64,000 nt of DNA from Chthoniobacteraceae bacterium (lineage in GTDB: Bacteria > Verrucomicrobiota > Verrucomicrobiia > Chthoniobacterales > Chthoniobacteraceae), in contig JANNXQ010000187.1 of NCBI GenBank assembly GCA_031409655.1, positions 1 to 64,000 on the forward strand, in the 5' to 3' direction. Positions 60,401 to 64,000 of this stretch are shown here, piece after piece. A program made the position numbers and the translations under genes. Positions within the stretch are counted from its first letter, which is position 1, and each line of letters opens with the position of its first letter. A model generated the notes under the pieces. That model ran no database searches. It saw nothing but the letters and a program-made list of their open reading frames with translations, and was not told the DNA's origin.

Positions 60401-62107
60401 GCCGCCAGTGTAAGTGTTTGCGCCGGACAAGACCCAAGTTCCGCGATCCGTCTTGGCAAGACTGACGGGAGCGGAGGTTCCGTTGCTGATGATGCCGGAG
60501 ATTTCATTCTGCAAAAGACTGGTGCCGCCAAGAGTCAGCGTCCGCGCGTTAGTTGCCCCGGAACCCGTGACCGTGCCTGCGAAAACGACTGCAGTCGCAG
60601 CGGTGCTGGTTTGGTTATTGGCATTGATCCGACCGCCGCCAGTGGTCCCATTCAGGACGACGTTCCGCGCGCTGCTTCCGACGACGCCAGTTCCAGCGGC
60701 TCCACCGAAAGTCAGAATACCTTGAGTTGCGCCATTTCCGAGATTGATATTCGAAGCGCTGGTATTCAGACCGATCGAACTGAAGTTGCGCGCGACAACG
60801 GTGCCATTCTGGATGTCAGTCGTGCCGCGGAAAGTAGAAGCCGCGCCATCGATGGTCAGGATCCCAGCACCGTTTTTGCTCACCGAGTGCGCAAGCGTGC
60901 CCGTGGTGAGGATACTCCCGGTGACCATGACATCCCCGGCCCCACCGAGGGTCAGGTTACGATTACCCGTAGTATTGGTATTATTCCAGATATTCCCCTG
61001 GAAGGTGAGGGTGCCGCTGGAGTTGTTCGCTATCGTGATCGTGTTGTTGTAGTCGGCGGCCGCTTGGTTCCCCACGAAGGTTGCGCCAACTCCGTTACGC
61101 CCATTGACGGTGAACACGCGGTTAGCGGCGAGCTGCAACTGAGCGAAGGTCACGGTTTGATTGATTGCGCTGGCATTGGTCCCACCGACCGCCCGGTCAA
61201 GATTCAATGTGCCGTTATTCGTCGCAATACTGACCCCCTTCGTCGCGAAGCCGGATCCGTCGTCAGTGCGGACCTCGAGCGCCCCGGTGTTGAAGTTGAC
61301 CGCGTTCGCAGCAGCGCTGACCCCCAAGTTTGCGCCCGTCTGGACCCGCACGAAACTGCCACCGTCAATTTGGACGATGCCAGTGTAGGCATTTGCGCCA
61401 GAGAGCACCAAAGTTCCGCCATTCGATTTCGTGAGAGTCCCACTACCGGTCAGCCCACTGATAGCGAAGTGACCATTGCCGATCAACTGAAGAGTCTGCG
61501 CAGTCGAGCCACCCACCGTGGACATCGCCAAGGCGGGAATATTCAGGACGTCGAAACTTGAGGCGATGCGGGTCGCCGAAGTGCCACTGGTTGCGACACC
61601 GCCCGAGACAGTCACATTGCCGACCACATTCAAGGCCGAGCCATTGCCGCCAGGACCGCCACCGGAAAGATTCAGTCCGCCGAAGGGACCAAAATTAAAT
61701 GTCTGCGGAGCATAGGTGCCGCCGATCAGCAACTGACCACCAGAAACGCCCTGAGTGATACCCGTAGTCACCGCACCCGCCACCGGAATGTGATTGATAC
61801 TGATCGAGGTCGAAGCTCCCAAGTCGCTCAAGTTCGAAGCCGAGATGACGAGCGCACCTTCATTGACAATCGTTGCCCCCGTGTAGGTATTGCCGGCACC
61901 AAGGATGAGGGAGCCAAGGCCGACCTTGGTCAAATCCACACCGGACGCCGTGGTTCCGGCAGCGGTACTCAGGGTTGCGGTATTGCCGAGATCCACGTTG
62001 TAGGTAACGCCAGGCGAGACTGCGGCGGCAGCCATGAAGGCGGCGATGGAGGTGGCACAGACGGTGGGGCGACGGTTGGTTTTCATAGTAGAGCGGCGGG
62101 TGTTCAT
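54422..62107 (-). CDS. Large surface protein with autotransporter-associated beta-strand repeats and PEP-CTERM sorting domain
   Basis: Many LTKxGxGTLxLSGANTYTGxTxIxxG repeats; C-terminal VPEP + TM + RIRRR; N-terminal signal peptide. Confidence 0.93.
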   Translation of the reverse strand: MNTRRSTMKTNRRPTVCATSIAAFMAAAAVSPGVTYNVDLGNTATLSTAAGTTASGVDLTKVGLGSLILGAGNTYTGATIVNEGALVISASNLSDLGASTSISINHIPVAGAVTTGITQGVSGGQLLIGGTYAPQTFNFGPFGGLNLSGGGPGGNGSALNVVGNVTVSGGVATSGTSATRIASSFDVLNIPALAMSTVGGSTAQTLQLIGNGHFAISGLTGSGTLTKSNGGTLVLSGANAYTGIVQIDGGSFVRVQTGANLGVSAAANAVNFNTGALEVRTDDGSGFATKGVSIATNNGTLNLDRAVGGTNASAINQTVTFAQLQLAANRVFTVNGRNGVGATFVGNQAAADYNNTITIANNSSGTLTFQGNIWNNTNTTGNRNLTLGGAGDVMVTGSILTTGTLAHSVSKNGAGILTIDGAASTFRGTTDIQNGTVVARNFSSIGLNTSASNINLGNGATQGILTFGGAAGTGVVGSSARNVVLNGTTGGGRINANNQTSTAATAVVFAGTVTGSGATNARTLTLGGTSLLQNEISGIISNGTSAPVSLAKTDRGTWVLSGANTYTGGTTISNGTLTLRANASVTSTVLADAAPVTFNVDAVQAGGGRLLFTNAGPATTETIGAITTTAGHGVVEVNSPGSTATTLATSLVASSTGASVNFRAATATDIITLTNPAGFVRGSAYFNGGNYAFVGAGSVVRAPLYGDGLGGGGTDVGYFAAPLALTAAAHNQVTGAGFALAAGTTAINSLLIDGSGTPTLTMGATDELRINTGVNTVGGILLTGGSATISGGSVTQGLGATGGALAVRVDGDSSVLTLASSIASSTVGGLSKNGSGILVLAEVNNQTGATNINEGTIRLSGIGRISANFQALSIRQGGTLDLNGVSTSSLAGFNGAGLLTNSSSVAATIAVGGGNGTGVFSGVIEDGAGGVSIVKRATGGQTWSGLNTYTGSTTILSTGLVSVPFLANIGSASGLGRGNATNDTTNAASLVFGSAAETNTGGGINYTGADSISINRLFTLGSENATAANGARINAAGLNNATLIFNNPAPIAYTAGGNTVGQTLSLGGGSTGNNEMGLALVDPTGGGSALLSVLKDGASSWTLSNPGNTYDGRTTITAGQLVVTGSSLSSTSPLVLNGGVLETSGSFTRPLAVAVNGIGSVSYTAGGGFSASASKLTVNHGGVGATLGWNAGAGFLPNTGLGGTVSSALILSSTTALDEVEFQNGIDLNNAASTLARVITVNDNGTTSLDRATITGVISGDAGTTSLTKNGAGTLYLLGANTYTGTTNLNAGVLGVTSIATGLGNSANVLSLTGGRLEYLGAGESSARSIVVNASTTINASGSGALVLSNVTNGVGVAARTLTLEGQNSDDNIVSSNLINAGTGALSVTKGGPGTWTLSGVNTFTGALTAGGGNLGVTSAAAAGAGALTIGNGNLFADGGDLTLTNPTVNFTQNQTGGIIGLNSITLSGATVNVASGTGANSAFNNFLPAGKSFTIQGVVRNVETDANRALTIGGSGRTVISGIVQNQTGTTASTLGLTLSSGTLVLGGAAPNTYTGTTTINGGTLQLDGASGDVIPVVGTVGGNVAFGNTVLPAVLDLNGKSETIASLNGASTGAKTIDNTTVSPVTLTFGTNNGTVTYNGSFANSGGGPLSIVKVGTASGALGTLAGSTMSFGGSITVNAGGLNFAGASPAATSGITVAGGASLGFNSGVGSPIVGLGTLNLGAGAGISILGLDLGTTSDTLTTSGAAVTANTINFALNAVSGFAAGTYDLLVSGAGGFGTATYGISALPGGYTAAIDTTDPNKVRLVATATAGLGTFYYTADLSRSWSAISAGNTNWSLTDTGDVGSTPGSTDTVVFSSLNTPPATAAGNIQLVNLDGNQAVNNILFNGSPVTGTLASNVTIAQGTTGVLTISPSVSTDGISIPDNAGTANITAPVELGGNQTWNVGSLGSPTPLLTVSGVMSGTGELIKDGFGTVTLTGVNTRQSRTTINLGVLNINAETALGLNPGGPDANHLTINGGTLRSTAVLTIDDANRGINLGISGGTIDTGGGNITIASTNVISGAGNLTKIGGNTLILNNVNSYGSGTTITGGAIRMGNAGALGASAVTMNGTGAILELADGVTSTNAITVADAGNEKTLRLLAGATSGTVSGNVTVDEAGGGNFRAQAAAGGTLNLAGIISGTTATGLRVNEAAGNSGVVTLSGANTYTGLTEVRAGTLRNGASDVVPGAITLNAAIAAIPSATYDLAGNNETVSAVTFSAAGSSTAAYLNTITTGAGTLTLGGNVTTVAGNAGTQAVINVGGGNLSLGTSTAARTMTVANAAGQATDLLITGAGGITGSTAGLTKAGAGTLEIAAGVAGTYAGTTSVNAGRLLVNGSISGAVTIGGGILGGIGSVGAITANTGSVSPGNSIGTLSASSLTMTGASSFTLEINTSTLGTDLLSTTGPLTLVDGLSGGSVLNITDLGSNVSLALGTKFTFLTYAGAQNGQFSIAGNAIDDDLEFFTIGANQYGIDYNDFGGTAVSLVVVPEPGIAASLLGGFGMLVGLQRIRRRNDRRA

Positions 62108-63050
62108 ATGATGGGAGAGGTTCGTGGGTAAAGTTTTAGAAGGACGGATTTTTGCTGCGGAGAGCGTAGTTAGGGGAGGAGACTTTCAGGAATTCAGGGG
62201 ATGGCTGCGAGACGTAAAGCGGGGGCATTTCGCGAGAGATTGGATGCTTTTAAGCTATTCGACCATTTTGAGTCAACGGCAATTTCATAAAATATTTTCA
62301 AACAGGGGATTCCAAACCCAGGAGCAGAGCACTAGAAGCAAGCGCCATAGATACTCGATTTCATCATGACAATTTGAGAGGCCGGAGGGCAAACATGCGC
62401 ATCAGTTGGAATACTCAGAATGGGCGACTTCCGTCCACTGTTTTCTTCGCTATCTATGAAAAAGATAAGAGAGATGCCGATTTAGGTCGCGGAGACGCTG
62501 ATCTCACTTTGTCCGGTACAGGCTCCGGTCCGGAGCCGGGAAAGGTCGGGTATCATGAGCATAAATCAATGATGAAGAGGGAGTTGTATTTTTCGTTCGA
62601 CCGAGATGGAAGAGAGTTTTGCAGCGCTCAGGAGTTTTAGTGGAGATCGTTCCGACGCGAGGCTCGAATTTTGCTTGGAGGGCGCGCCGATCCGCGCTGC
62701 GACACCTGGCGCCTCTCGCTTGAGCGGCCAGACGCGGAATGTCCGAAGCGGCCAGGATCGGACGACTCCATAATTTTATGTTTTCTGGCGGCTGGACTCC
62801 GCGAATATCGGCACCTGATGGGCTCCATCCCGGTGGTCCTCTGCAAGAGCCGCGATGACGTGCTCAAACAGCACAAAGGGTGAGGAACCTGGGCTCGCGA
62901 TCAAACCGGACTGCGGATCCGGGAGGAAGGGCACCGGCGGCATTGCTCCTGGCGCGGCAGAGGACTCATGGCCTGGAGAAACGGTGGTGCGCCATCTTCC
63001 CCCTTCCCTCCATCCGAATCCCTTGGCACTGTCCCCGCTCTTTGAGCCCG

Positions 63051-64000
63051 ATGCGCCGCAATCACCTCATCCTCCTCGCCCTCGCGGTGCTGACGCTGAC
63101 CGCGTTTTGGGGGGTGAGCGAGTGCGGGTGGGTAGGGTACGACGACCCGAGCTACGTGCGGCACAATCCGATGGTCAACCAAGGGCTGCGCTCGGCGGCA
63201 GTCCTGTGGGCTTTCACCGCGACCCACGGGGCCAACTGGCATCCGCTGACCTCGCTGAGCCACATGCTGGATTGCACGCTCTTCGACCTGGATCCGGGGC
63301 CACCGCACTGGGAAAGCCTCCTCTGGCACGTCCTCAATAGCGGCCTCGTCTTCCACGTCTGGCGGCGCCTGAGCGGCGCCACCTGGCCCAGTGCGCTGGT
63401 CGCGGGGCTCTTTGCCTTGCACCCGCTGCATGTGGAATCCGTGGCCTGGATCTCCGAACGCAAGGACGTGCTGAGCACCGCGCTCTGGCTGCTCACGACG
63501 CTGGCCTATCTGCGCTGGGTGGAAGTTCCCACCGCACGCCGCTACACGGGTGCGATGGTCCTCTTTGCGCTGGCGCTGATGGCCAAGCCAATGGTCGTCA
63601 CCTTGCCCTGCACCCTGCTCCTGCTGGACTACTGGCCGCTGCGCCGCTGGCCGACCCGGAGCTGGCGGGCGCTTTTCGTGGAAAAGATCCCCTTCTTCGC
63701 GCTGGTGCTGGTGCATGCCAGCGTGACGATCCTCGTGCAGCGCGCGCTCGGGGCCACGGATTACGGGGAGAAATTCCCGCTGATGATGCGCTTCGGGAAT
63801 GCGATGATTTCCTACTCGCGCTACCTCGGCAAAATGGTCTGGCCGGAGACGCTCTCGCCTTTCTACCCACATCCGGGCTGGTGGCCGTGGGCGGCCGTGC
63901 TCGGCGCGTTCACGCTCGTCGCGCTTTTGAGCTGGCTGGCCTGGCGCGAGCGGGAAAGAGGCCCGTGGCTGACCTTTGGCTGGTGCTGGTATCTGGGCAC
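63051..64000 (+). CDS. TMTC-like GT-C membrane protein (partial, runs off the window)
   Basis: Manual translation from ATG 63051: GYDDPSYV..NWHPLT..LFALHPLHVESVAWISERKDVLS..LMAKPMVVTLP. Confidence 0.85.
   Translation, partial: MRRNHLILLALAVLTLTAFWGVSECGWVGYDDPSYVRHNPMVNQGLRSAAVLWAFTATHGANWHPLTSLSHMLDCTLFDLDPGPPHWESLLWHVLNSGLVFHVWRRLSGATWPSALVAGLFALHPLHVESVAWISERKDVLSTALWLLTTLAYLRWVEVPTARRYTGAMVLFALALMAKPMVVTLPCTLLLLDYWPLRRWPTRSWRALFVEKIPFFALVLVHASVTILVQRALGATDYGEKFPLMMRFGNAMISYSRYLGKMVWPETLSPFYPHPGWWPWAAVLGAFTLVALLSWLAWRERERGPWLTFGWCWYLG

Noticed and set aside
62374..62640. 88-aa ORF in the AT-richer gap
   Set aside because: No recognisable motif and a weak TTG start; could be a foreign gene relic but cannot be supported.

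Overview
High-GC bacterial chromosome segment, most consistent with Verrucomicrobiota/PVC (inferred from DUF1549/1553-DUF1501 pair, long GreA, PEP-CTERM passenger-repeat protein). Backbone is housekeeping: uronate isomerase, rpmB, hpf-lptB-lptA-lptC-kdsA, greA, gmd, rph, thrB, lpxK, tsf, rpsB, PhoH2, SUI1, lepA, fabG, sixA, pgl and an aldehyde dehydrogenase. Accessory region 1 (~31.1-35.7 kb) holds a RAYT transposase bracketed by GTAG REP doublets and a diverged 35-bp duplication of the neighbouring gene's 3' end, an IS256 with no target duplication, a 21-bp-period repeat tract abutting an unknown helical+FN3-like gene, a PEP-CTERM tail fragment and two small paralogues. Accessory region 2 (~41.4-45.3 kb) is a defence islet in which a two-gene type II-like R-M cassette sits between truncated halves of a type I-like M and S pair, next to a RelE/ParE TA module. 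Intergenic spaces carry six families of palindromic repeats (GTAG REPINs, four 7-bp-period families, one CGCAGAG family). All calls are from motif recognition by eye; no searches were run.
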